In this document: one piece after another, positions 23,945-32,842 of the stretch
How positions within the stretch are numbered: the first letter of the stretch is position 1
How the letters are laid out: each line of letters begins with the position of its first letter
NCBI GenBank assembly: GCA_045539695.1
Contig: JAZQFX010000029.1
Location: forward strand, 275-64,274
Reading direction: 5' to 3'
DNA from: Acutalibacteraceae bacterium
GTDB taxonomy: Bacteria; Bacillota; Clostridia; Oscillospirales; Acutalibacteraceae
DNA length: 64,000 nucleotides
The notes under the pieces: generated by a model
Databases searched by the model: none
Seen by the model: only the letters and a program-made list of their open reading frames with translations
Told to the model about the DNA's origin: nothing
Program-made: the position numbers and the translations under genes

Positions 23945-26900
23945 ATGAAAAAAATTAAAACTCTATTTTACGAAATCGATGAAATTTTAAATAACAACAA
24001 CGGTGAAGGCAAACTGATAGCACTCGGTTCTCGTCCTGGTATGGGCAAAACATCATTACTTTTAGATATAATGTTAAATACTGCATTGTTTAACGATGTG
24101 GATATTTTATTATTTACCTTGGAAATGACGAAATCGCAAATCATTGAACGGTTATTAAAAAAGCAAGATTTAACACCTGAAGAGTTGAATAAAATACATA
24201 TAGACGAAATCGAAAGTGGTATGCCGAGCAGTGACTATATCGAAAAGGTAATATCATACTATAATAAACAAAAAGTTATTTTTATCGATTATATTAACTT
24301 AGTAGAAGATTACACGCGTGAGAATTCAGCAAATATATTATTAAGGCTTAAAACCATCTGCAAAGAAAAAGGTATACATATTATTTATACCTGTCAGTTA
24401 CCAAAAAGTTTAGAAACACGTGCTAACAAACGTCCGGTTTTAGAGGACATAGACGAAATCACCCGTACCACAGTCGATGCGATATTTGCGCTTTACAGAC
24501 CTGCATATTATACAGGTAATAACAACACCACTGCAGAACTGCGAGCATTAAAACATCCTTCAGGCGAGTTATTGGAAATTCCTCTAGTTTTCGATAATAA
24601 AACCCTCAGCCTATACTATGATATAAAATTCGGACTTGATGATGCTCCCATAAAACGTGTTGAACTTTCAGTACACACAAAAATGTCCGATGATGTTTCA
24701 ACTATAAGTGTCCAAGAGGCTTTCGATTTTGCCGACAGCTGCAACCACAAGGCTATTGCCTTTACCAATTATAATAATGTTCAGGATTTCCCCGAAATTC
24801 GAAACATTTCAGGAAAATACCATAATCTCAAGGTTATATATGGTGCCAGAATACTTTACGAAAACGATAACGGCGGTGCATGGGCTACAACGTTACTAAT
24901 TAAAAATCAGCAGGGCGTCAAAAACTTATACAAACTCATCTCTTCTATGACAAATATGGGGAATACAAAAATCGCTCATATAAATTTCATCGAGCAATAT
25001 AGAGAAAATTTGCTTTGCAGTGCTTGTGGTGATTTAAGCGAATTGTATTGCGCCTTTCAATCTGAATCACCTATGGACGAAATCAAGGCAATAGCACAAA
25101 GATATGATTACTTTGAAATCTTCCCAACCAATGATATAAAAACTCGCTCTATTTATCAGAAAATAGTTAAATTGGGCAAGGAGTTGAATATACCTGTTGC
25201 AGCCACGGGAGACTGTCATTATTATTCTAAAGGCGATGAAATCTACCGCCGAGTTGTAAAAGAATTTAAAGGCGGAGCTGATGACAATAATCAGCAATAT
25301 CTTCGTAATACTGAAGATATGCTTAAGGCATTTGCCTACTTAGGTGAAGAAGATGCTTATGATGTAGTTATTAAAAATCCCAATTTAATTGCAGATATGA
25401 TTGAGCAGGTAGAACCGCTATCTACTGATATTCCAGAATTTGAAATTCCAGGAGCAGATGATTTCATTACAAAAGAAGCAACTTCAAAAGCTGTTTTTAT
25501 ATATGGGGAACATCTGTCTCCCACCGTTGAAGAAAGATTAAACAGTGAGCTAAAAATAATAAAAAACAACGGTTTTTCTTCGCTTTATATGTTAGCTCAT
25601 CTTCTTGCAAAATATGCCCACAAAAATGGACAACCAACAAGTTCTCGCGGATCAGTAGGTTCTTCGTTTGTGGCCTTTCTGTTAGGTATAACAAATGTTA
25701 ATCCGTTACCGCCACACTATTATTGTAGCGAGTGCTCTTTTACGGACATAGATCCTAATATTTGTTCAGGTTATGATTTAGAAGAAAAGAACTGTCCGTT
25801 ATGCGGAAAACCCCTTGTCCGCGATGGTCATAATATTCCGTTTGAATCATTTATGGGATTTTATGGAAGTAAACTACCTGATATTGATTTGAATTTCCCT
25901 TCTTCTTTTAGGAACAATGTACTGGAATACCTTTGTGAACTGTTTGGACAAGAACGGCTTTTAATAGCCGGTACAATTCGTACATTAACTCCCACAGATG
26001 CTGAAATGTATGTGAATATGTATCAAGAAAAGAATGACCAAGAGTTTGAGCAGAAATTGGTCGCTTCAATTATAAGAAATATTGATGGAGTTAAGCGACA
26101 AGAGTCCATACATCCTGGCGGAGTATTTATTCTGCCCGAAGGGAAAGGGGCTTGCGATTATACACCAACCAAAACTCTTAATAATCATTCCCCAATAAAA
26201 AAGAAAACACATTTAGAATTCAATAGTTTACAAGACAATATTTACAAAGCTGACATCCTTGGATTCATTCCGTTAGAAATTTTAGCACGCCTTGAAAAAT
26301 ACACGGGTGTTTCCTCAAAAGACATTGATATTACTGATCCGAAAATTTATGAACTTTTTAAGGATTCACGCGTAATCGGGATTGTCTCCGATGAACCGGC
26401 CACTTCTGGATTGCCTGAATTTGACACCGATTTTGTCCGTAATATGATTAAACAAACTCATCCTAAAAACTTTGGAGATTTGGTAAAAATCAGTGCTTTA
26501 TGTCATGGCACAAATACCTGGTTCTATAATGCTGAGGAATTGCTTAAAAACAATGTTTGTAGTTTAAATGATTTACCCGCCTCAAGAGAAGATATATATA
26601 ACCATCTTGTATCTTGCGATATTGAAAGGCCACTAGCATTTAAAATAATGCAGGCTGTTCGAAAAGGTGAATTTATGCGTATAGGGTTAAATAAAGATCC
26701 AGAAGTTATTAAGGCTTTCGCTACTCATAATATTCCTGATTGGTATATGGATTCACTTTGCAAAATTAGATATATGTTTCCTAAAGCACATTCAGTTGAA
26801 TATGTTAAAACGGCATTAACTCTCGCTTGGTACAAAATTTATTTTCCAACAGAATTTTATGCTGTAACTTTCAATGTACGCTTCCCTGACAGAAATTATA

Positions 26901-27112
26901 GTTTCCTTTGTGGAGGATTAGAAGTTATAAATCAATACTTAGAAGATGTTAAATTGCCTTTTGGTTCTGAAAAAGAAGATTCGATTGATCGAGAATTAAA
27001 TTTGTTTAAGGAATGTGCGGAAAGAGGCATAGTTTTTGAATGTAATACCAACAAAGGAAATTGCTCCGAACCATATTCCGTCTCTAACGGCAAAATACTC
27101 TTAAACTATTAA
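23945..27112 (+). CDS. Fusion of a DnaB-C-terminal/RecA-fold ATPase domain with a PolC-type C-family DNA polymerase. The polymerase part lacks the exonuclease, OB and N-terminal domains.
   Basis: Residues 1 to about 230 carry GSRPGMGKTS, FTLEM, VIFIDYINLV and ALYRPAYY. From about residue 238 the PolC-type motifs appear: VELSVHTKMSDD (degenerate PHP), LLIKNQQGVKNLYKLIS, RGSVGSSFVAFLLGITNVNPLPPHYYCSEC...CPLCGKPL, IPFESFMGFYGSKLPDIDLNF, HPGG, KADILG and FPKAHSVEYV...YFPTEFYA. Confidence 0.8.
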   Translation: MKKIKTLFYEIDEILNNNNGEGKLIALGSRPGMGKTSLLLDIMLNTALFNDVDILLFTLEMTKSQIIERLLKKQDLTPEELNKIHIDEIESGMPSSDYIEKVISYYNKQKVIFIDYINLVEDYTRENSANILLRLKTICKEKGIHIIYTCQLPKSLETRANKRPVLEDIDEITRTTVDAIFALYRPAYYTGNNNTTAELRALKHPSGELLEIPLVFDNKTLSLYYDIKFGLDDAPIKRVELSVHTKMSDDVSTISVQEAFDFADSCNHKAIAFTNYNNVQDFPEIRNISGKYHNLKVIYGARILYENDNGGAWATTLLIKNQQGVKNLYKLISSMTNMGNTKIAHINFIEQYRENLLCSACGDLSELYCAFQSESPMDEIKAIAQRYDYFEIFPTNDIKTRSIYQKIVKLGKELNIPVAATGDCHYYSKGDEIYRRVVKEFKGGADDNNQQYLRNTEDMLKAFAYLGEEDAYDVVIKNPNLIADMIEQVEPLSTDIPEFEIPGADDFITKEATSKAVFIYGEHLSPTVEERLNSELKIIKNNGFSSLYMLAHLLAKYAHKNGQPTSSRGSVGSSFVAFLLGITNVNPLPPHYYCSECSFTDIDPNICSGYDLEEKNCPLCGKPLVRDGHNIPFESFMGFYGSKLPDIDLNFPSSFRNNVLEYLCELFGQERLLIAGTIRTLTPTDAEMYVNMYQEKNDQEFEQKLVASIIRNIDGVKRQESIHPGGVFILPEGKGACDYTPTKTLNNHSPIKKKTHLEFNSLQDNIYKADILGFIPLEILARLEKYTGVSSKDIDITDPKIYELFKDSRVIGIVSDEPATSGLPEFDTDFVRNMIKQTHPKNFGDLVKISALCHGTNTWFYNAEELLKNNVCSLNDLPASREDIYNHLVSCDIERPLAFKIMQAVRKGEFMRIGLNKDPEVIKAFATHNIPDWYMDSLCKIRYMFPKAHSVEYVKTALTLAWYKIYFPTEFYAVTFNVRFPDRNYSFLCGGLEVINQYLEDVKLPFGSEKEDSIDRELNLFKECAERGIVFECNTNKGNCSEPYSVSNGKILLNY

Positions 27113-27154
27113 TAAAAAACACAATATAAATTTCATTAGATGTTTATATTACAA

Positions 27155-27188
27155 AAGGACAGTAGCGTTACAAAGCGTTACTGTCCTT
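27155..27188. terminator. Hairpin between convergent genes
   Basis: A 10-bp stem, AAGGACAGTA / TACTGTCCTT. A T-run follows on the minus strand only. Confidence 0.5.
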
Positions 27189-27203
27189 ACTTAATATATA
27201 AGT

Positions 27204-28115
27204 TTAATATATTTTCGTTATGTGGTACTCTTTATCTAATACAAAAGCATTATCAATTTTTCTAAAGCCATAAAGTTCTTTTTTGTTTTTGGATTGGATG
27301 ATATCAAAAGTCACATCAATATTCCACCAAGAGCCATTAAAATAGACTCTGTTCCAAGTATGATTATAATTGACATTATCAAATTTTGTTCCATCGACCA
27401 CATAGCAAGGGATATTCTGGCTACGGCAGAGAACTGCGAATAGATGGGAAAAGTCGTAGCAGATGCCTTTTTTAGTAGTTAAAGTTTTGTGAACATTAAA
27501 ATATTGAATAAAGGGTTCACATTTGTAATCGTACTCAAAATTGTGTATCATCCATTTGTATATTGCTTTTACCTTTTCTTCATTAGTGTCACAGTCAACA
27601 CAAATTTCGTCAGCAAGTTCAACGGTATTTGTATCCCATAAGGTTGCTTGACCATTGGTAAGTGAAAAATCTTCCTGTTTGTAGATAAAAATATATGATG
27701 AGAAGAGTAATGCCACAATTGAGGTGGATACCACCAATAAATAAATTCTCGTCAGCAACTTATCATTACCAGTATCATTGGTAAAAGCAATACAATATAT
27801 AAAAACAATAACAAGTGATAAAAGTGCAAAAAAGGGAAACACCCTGCGACAGTAAATTGCATAAGCAATATTCATACAAGCAATGAGCATCAGCAAAATA
27901 TAAACCACTGCTCTCATTGCTTTTGTTTTTATCTCAACGATCAAAAACAAAGACGGTAAAACTGACAACAAATAGAACACCGTAAGTGTTTGAGATAAAG
28001 CTAGAAAATTTTTCAAACAAAATCCCAAAACAAAATTATATAAAAGTGCAACTATCAAGAAAATAATTCTTATTTTTGACTGCAATGTGATTGCAAATAA
28101 TTTGGATATCTTCAC
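27204..28115 (-). CDS. Transglutaminase-like (Cys-His-Asp) domain membrane protein
   Basis: The N-terminal half is multi-pass hydrophobic. The core motifs are KGICYDFSHLFAVLCRSQNIPCYVVDG, HTWNRVYFNGSWWNIDVT. Confidence 0.75.
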   Translation of the reverse strand: MKISKLFAITLQSKIRIIFLIVALLYNFVLGFCLKNFLALSQTLTVFYLLSVLPSLFLIVEIKTKAMRAVVYILLMLIACMNIAYAIYCRRVFPFFALLSLVIVFIYCIAFTNDTGNDKLLTRIYLLVVSTSIVALLFSSYIFIYKQEDFSLTNGQATLWDTNTVELADEICVDCDTNEEKVKAIYKWMIHNFEYDYKCEPFIQYFNVHKTLTTKKGICYDFSHLFAVLCRSQNIPCYVVDGTKFDNVNYNHTWNRVYFNGSWWNIDVTFDIIQSKNKKELYGFRKIDNAFVLDKEYHITKIY

Positions 28116-28477
28116 GATAATTCCTCAATTCATTTGTAAATTCACATTGCAACAGTTCGTTTTCCAAATCTCAAACTAAAAATCCAATGATTCTTGCCCT
28201 TAATTTTGCCCTTATAATACTTTCGGGCAAGGTTAAAACGAAATAATAATTCATAACAAGATGAAACGAGTTGTTTGCGAAAAACCATTGATTTGCAACG
28301 GTTTTGGAGAATATTGTTAATGCCCTATGGAGGGTAATAACAGCATTAAATTTTTACAAATTCAAATTCCAATTTATCGAATAGATGATATTTGTTTAGA
28401 AAAGGGTTTTAGGTTCTCCTAAAGATTGGGAAATGTGCCGTACATTTTCCCTGCTTGTTATGGTATGCGACAAAATT

Positions 28478-28512
28478 AAGAGCTGTGTAGAAATTTTCTA
28501 CACAGCTCTTTT
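28478..28512 (+). terminator. Orphan 15-bp hairpin terminator in an ORF-free junction
   Basis: AAGAGCTGTGTAGAA-ATT-TTCTACACAGCTCTT followed by TT. No plus-strand gene lies upstream of it. Confidence 0.5.
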
Positions 28513-28553
28513 ACTGTCCTTTAGAGTACGGCTCCTACGGGGTCCGTTTTTTA

Positions 28554-28582
28554 TTGCAAAAAGTGTCTGAACATGTTAATAT
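28554..28582 (+). promoter_or_regulatory. Sigma-70 type promoter for the GH94-like gene
   Basis: TTGCAA (28554-28559), a 17-nt spacer, then TAATAT (28577-28582). Confidence 0.45.
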
Positions 28583-28609
28583 AAGATAAAATTAAAAAGA
28601 GGGTTAATA

Positions 28610-30853
28610 ATGAAGCAATATGGTTTTTTTAAGGATAAAGCATATATTGTTACCGACCGTAACACGCCGCGTCATTGGTATAACTATTTGTATAATGATG
28701 AGTATGTTACCTTTGTGTCGCAGGTAGGCTTCGGACAGGGCATCGCTCAGGATGACAAGGGTCGTCGACTGAGTCCTGTTGTTGACCGCAATGTTTATAT
28801 AAGCGACGGCGAAAAATTCTGGCAGGCGACCGGTCTGCCTGTGTATGAGTCGGTCGATGAATATTGCTGTGAGCATAATATAGGCTACACCGATATAAAT
28901 CTTACAAAAAACGGTATAAAATCAACCTGTCGCTTTTTTGTTGCAAATAGTGGCGCCCGTGAATTTTTGCGAGTTACTGTTACCAATGTTAGCTCGCAAG
29001 AAAAAACACTAAAAGTTATTCCCTTTTCAGAGACAAATATCGACGGTGCATATACACCGCAGGGTTATAATACCAGTAGCGCAAAATTCTATGCCAAACA
29101 AAACGCCGTTGCAGGCGTAGGCTATTCAGGCTTTGGAGGCAAGGGTTATCGTAAAATGTTTACATATCTTACTGCTGACCAAAAGGTGAGTAGTTTTGAC
29201 ACGCGTATGACCGCGTTTATAGGTACTTACGGTAACAAGCAAATGCCCAAAGCACTTATTGAAAATTTGGCTTGCACAGGCAGTGAATGTATTGCAGAAA
29301 AGATTTGTTTTGCTCTCGAAAACACTGTTACACTCGCACCAAATGAGAGCAAAAGCTTTTATTATACCTTTGGTGTAACGGATAATATTGACGATATTCC
29401 AAAATTTACTGCCGATCAGATAGAAGCGCAGTTTACCGAAATGGTAGAAAAATACAGTGAAGTTTGTGACGGAGTTAGTATTAAAACACCTTGGGATAAT
29501 CTTAATAACCTATTTAATGATTGGCTTAAATACCAAACCAATATGGGTTCGCGTTGGGCTCGTGTGCGCCACAACGGTATGCGCGATATGACAAGCGACA
29601 GCGAGTGTCTTGGATGCATTGCGCCAAACCTTGCCGCAGAGCGATTACAGCGCGTTATGACCTATCAATATTCTAACGGGTATTCACCGCGTACGTTTTT
29701 GGACGGCTCTATTCAGGATAAAGGCTTTTCCGACAATATGGTGTGGATGGTCTTTGCTGCGCATGCTATCACAAAAGAGCTCGGAGATACAAAATATCTT
29801 TTGCGTGAGACAAAGTTTAACGATGGCACATCTGCTACCGTTTATGAGCATACGCGTCGTGCTGTGGAATTTTTGTGGGATTTCACAGGTCATCACGGTC
29901 TTGTACGTATATGGCGAGGCGACTGGAACGACTGTATGGATATGGCGGGTAAGGATGGCAAGGGTGTCAGTGTTTGGTTGTCAATTGCCTTTGTACGCGC
30001 CGCAAAAATGCTAAGCGAAATGGCAGAATGGTTAGGATATGCAGAGTATGTCACAAAGTATAAAGAATATGCCGCCGTTATGCAAACAAGGGTGAATACG
30101 CACGGTTGGTATAATGATAGATATATCTATGCTATTTCTGATAGCGGTCACTTAATAGGCGCGCCAAGCTGCGAGGAGGGCTCCGCCTATGCGTTGCCGC
30201 AACTTTGGAGTGTGCTGGCAGACTTTGAAGCTGATAAACAGCTTATTGCAATGGATACTCTTGAACGTGAGCTTAATACCGATTTAGGCTTACTTGTGAG
30301 TCACCCGGCGTATAGCAAATATGTAGATTATATCGGTTCTATGACCACCAAGCACCCGGGCGTTCACGAGCACGGCGGTCCGTATCTGCACGGCGCTGTT
30401 TGGAAATTGGCGGTTGATAGTATACTCGGTAAAAACGACAAGGTAGAAGAGGGGCTTCGCAAAATCTTGCCCGATGATCACACCTACTTTAAAACCTGTG
30501 GCGAGCCGTATGTTATGTTTAATTCGTATTTAGGACTTGAAACCGGCTATCGCGCAGGCACACCGGGTCAAAGCTGGCGCACAGCGGCGGGTCAGTGGTT
30601 GCTTTATTCTTTGGTAAGATTTATTTACGGTCTTATACCTGAATTTGAGGGGCTGCGTATAAAGCCCTGCTTGCCACCGTCTTGGTATGATTGTTTTATA
30701 ACCAAAAAATTCCGCGGTTGCATATATAATGTGCATTTTAGTGGTAGCGGAAAAGTGACAAGCATTACCGTAAATGGCAAAAATCACGATATCAAAAAGG
30801 CGATAGTATCTATTGAAAACGGACAACTTAATATCGAAGTTATACTTGGATAA
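28610..30853 (+). CDS. GH94-like glycoside phosphorylase (cellobiose/chitobiose phosphorylase family)
   Basis: The N-terminus MKQYGFFKDKAYIVTDRNTPRHWYNYL parallels MxFGxFDDxxxEYxITxPxTPxPWxNYLG. The RGDWNDCMD catalytic-Asp motif is present. Confidence 0.65.
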   Translation: MKQYGFFKDKAYIVTDRNTPRHWYNYLYNDEYVTFVSQVGFGQGIAQDDKGRRLSPVVDRNVYISDGEKFWQATGLPVYESVDEYCCEHNIGYTDINLTKNGIKSTCRFFVANSGAREFLRVTVTNVSSQEKTLKVIPFSETNIDGAYTPQGYNTSSAKFYAKQNAVAGVGYSGFGGKGYRKMFTYLTADQKVSSFDTRMTAFIGTYGNKQMPKALIENLACTGSECIAEKICFALENTVTLAPNESKSFYYTFGVTDNIDDIPKFTADQIEAQFTEMVEKYSEVCDGVSIKTPWDNLNNLFNDWLKYQTNMGSRWARVRHNGMRDMTSDSECLGCIAPNLAAERLQRVMTYQYSNGYSPRTFLDGSIQDKGFSDNMVWMVFAAHAITKELGDTKYLLRETKFNDGTSATVYEHTRRAVEFLWDFTGHHGLVRIWRGDWNDCMDMAGKDGKGVSVWLSIAFVRAAKMLSEMAEWLGYAEYVTKYKEYAAVMQTRVNTHGWYNDRYIYAISDSGHLIGAPSCEEGSAYALPQLWSVLADFEADKQLIAMDTLERELNTDLGLLVSHPAYSKYVDYIGSMTTKHPGVHEHGGPYLHGAVWKLAVDSILGKNDKVEEGLRKILPDDHTYFKTCGEPYVMFNSYLGLETGYRAGTPGQSWRTAAGQWLLYSLVRFIYGLIPEFEGLRIKPCLPPSWYDCFITKKFRGCIYNVHFSGSGKVTSITVNGKNHDIKKAIVSIENGQLNIEVILG

Positions 30854-30861
30854 ATATAAAA

Positions 30862-30896
30862 CGCTTACCGCGTTAAAGCGGTAAGCGCCTTTTTTT
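30862..30896 (+). terminator. Intrinsic terminator that overlaps the stop of the convergent AraC gene
   Basis: A 10-bp stem, CGCTTACCGC / GCGGTAAGCG, followed by T7. Confidence 0.7.
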
Positions 30897-31667
30897 GTAC
30901 TCAATTGGCGATACACCAACCCTGCTTTTAAATGTTTTGCACAGATATGATGCTGAGCAAAAACCAACTAATTCGGCAATTTCATCTATGGTTTTTTCGG
31001 GCGCATCAAGAAGTATTTCTTTTGCCATTTCTATCTTCTTATTCAGTATATACTCCATAGGTGGAATACCAAAGTTTTTTACAAACAGCCGCCTGAGATG
31101 TGCGGGAGAATATCCTGATATTTTTGAAAGAAAGGCAGGGGTTATTTTTTTATAATAATTTATGTTTATGTACTCAACCGTTGATAATAGCTTGTGCGTG
31201 TCGGCATAATCCTTACTTTTTTCTAATCTTTTTGAGCAAAGTAAATGCAAAAGCCTTAAAAACAACTCAGCAACCTTTAGTTTAGAAAGATACGCGCCCG
31301 AGCGGTGTGATTCGCTTATGTCTTTAAAAAGTCTTAAAGCGTTTGAATCCTTGGTTACTGTATTTATTTGAAAATCAAAATCACGTTCGCAGTAAAAGGA
31401 AACAAAGTAATAGGAAAGATCTTCTTTTAAAACGTTTGTTAGGTTAACCTTTTCACAGCATCTTATAAAAACAGTGTCACCTGCGCTACAAACGCCGTCA
31501 TATTCTTTGGTACGCACCCGCATTTTCCCCGATTCAACATGAAAAAACACAGCGTGCTCGGTTTCTTGCACCCAATTCCAACCTGCACGGTGTTTATAAT
31601 AACCGGCATTTTTAAAGGCTTTTATGGGGTTTAAGGTGAAATTGTCAAAATCACTTATATTTTTCAT
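30873..31667 (-). CDS. AraC-family transcriptional regulator
   Basis: It has a cupin-like N-terminus and a C-terminal double HTH (ISGYSPAHLRRLFVKNFGIPPMEY...IAELVGFCSASYLCKTFKSRVGVSPIEY). Confidence 0.85.
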   Translation of the reverse strand: MKNISDFDNFTLNPIKAFKNAGYYKHRAGWNWVQETEHAVFFHVESGKMRVRTKEYDGVCSAGDTVFIRCCEKVNLTNVLKEDLSYYFVSFYCERDFDFQINTVTKDSNALRLFKDISESHRSGAYLSKLKVAELFLRLLHLLCSKRLEKSKDYADTHKLLSTVEYININYYKKITPAFLSKISGYSPAHLRRLFVKNFGIPPMEYILNKKIEMAKEILLDAPEKTIDEIAELVGFCSASYLCKTFKSRVGVSPIEYKKRRLPL

Positions 31668-31826
31668 AAAATGTTTTCCTTTTAAAAGATATTATTATTT
31701 TATTAAAACCAGTTTGATTTGTCAATATAAATGAGCGAATTGTTATATAAATAGAGCGTTGTTTGCATTGCAAAATTCAAGTTTTAATAATATAATTACA
31801 ATACAATACTATGTTTGGGAGCAGTT

Positions 31827-32831
31827 ATGAAAGCGTTAGTTGCAATAAATAAAGATAAAACCTTTGATACTTTTTTTACAAAAGATAATATCGACTATGC
31901 CGAGTCGCTTGGTGAGATTGTGTGGATTGATACTGCTACGGCATCAGCCGATGAGCTGAAAGAAAAAATTAAAGACTGCGATACATATATAACCTGCTGG
32001 GGTTCTCCTGCGCTTACACCTGAAATTTTGGATTGTGCTCCAAAGCTTAAGCTTCTTACTCACTTAGGTTCTACCGTAGTGCCCGTAGTATGTGACGAGG
32101 TTTACAAGCGCGGTATAAAGGTTATAAGTGGGTTTGACTATTATTCAAAGTCTACTGCCGAAGGCGCTGTGGCGTATATGCTGGCGGCTCTTCGCAATAT
32201 TCCGTTTTATTGTGAAAGATTAAAAAGAGGAAAAATATGGCGCGAGGTCGACGATTATACCGACGGTCTTTTGTATAAAAGCGTAGGTATAGTTGGTTTT
32301 GGCGGCGTTGGTAGATATGTAGCTCAAATGCTAAAACCATTTGACACACAAATAAAGGTTTATGATATAGCTCAAATATCTAAAGAAGAAAAAGAACAAT
32401 ATAGTATCACACAGTGTGATATAGAGGAAATCTTTACCACATGTGATATAATTTCATTGCACCTACCGTATAACGATAGTACTTATCATATAATTGATGA
32501 CGCTCTGCTTTCAAAAACAAAGTCTGGCGCACTGCTTGTTAATACTGCTCGCGGCGCTGTTGTTGACGAGCAGGCTATGATAAAGCATCTTAAAAGCGGT
32601 GATTTTAATGCAGCGCTTGACGTTTACGAAAAAGAGCCAATAGATTTAAACAGCCCGCTACTTTTGATAGATAATGTGTTAATGCTTCCTCATCAAGCGG
32701 GGCCTACTGTAAATCTACGTGCAGTTATTACCCGTAAGCTTATAGAGGAAAGCGCCAATTACATAGATAAGAATATACCGCTAATAAATGAAATTTCAGC
32801 CGCAAAGTCTCAAAATATGTCAAAATTTTAA
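31827..32831 (+). CDS. D-isomer-specific 2-hydroxyacid dehydrogenase family protein
   Basis: Motifs present are VGIVGFGGVGRYVA (Rossmann fold), LVNTARGAVVDE and PHQAG. Confidence 0.8.
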   Translation: MKALVAINKDKTFDTFFTKDNIDYAESLGEIVWIDTATASADELKEKIKDCDTYITCWGSPALTPEILDCAPKLKLLTHLGSTVVPVVCDEVYKRGIKVISGFDYYSKSTAEGAVAYMLAALRNIPFYCERLKRGKIWREVDDYTDGLLYKSVGIVGFGGVGRYVAQMLKPFDTQIKVYDIAQISKEEKEQYSITQCDIEEIFTTCDIISLHLPYNDSTYHIIDDALLSKTKSGALLVNTARGAVVDEQAMIKHLKSGDFNAALDVYEKEPIDLNSPLLLIDNVLMLPHQAGPTVNLRAVITRKLIEESANYIDKNIPLINEISAAKSQNMSKF

Positions 32832-32842
32832 GGAGAAAAGAT

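Noticed and set aside
17500-27112. An intact or nearly intact prophage
   Set aside because: No terminase, portal, capsid, tail, holin/lysin, repressor or integrase gene lies in or next to the block. Only replication-type and unknown genes are present.
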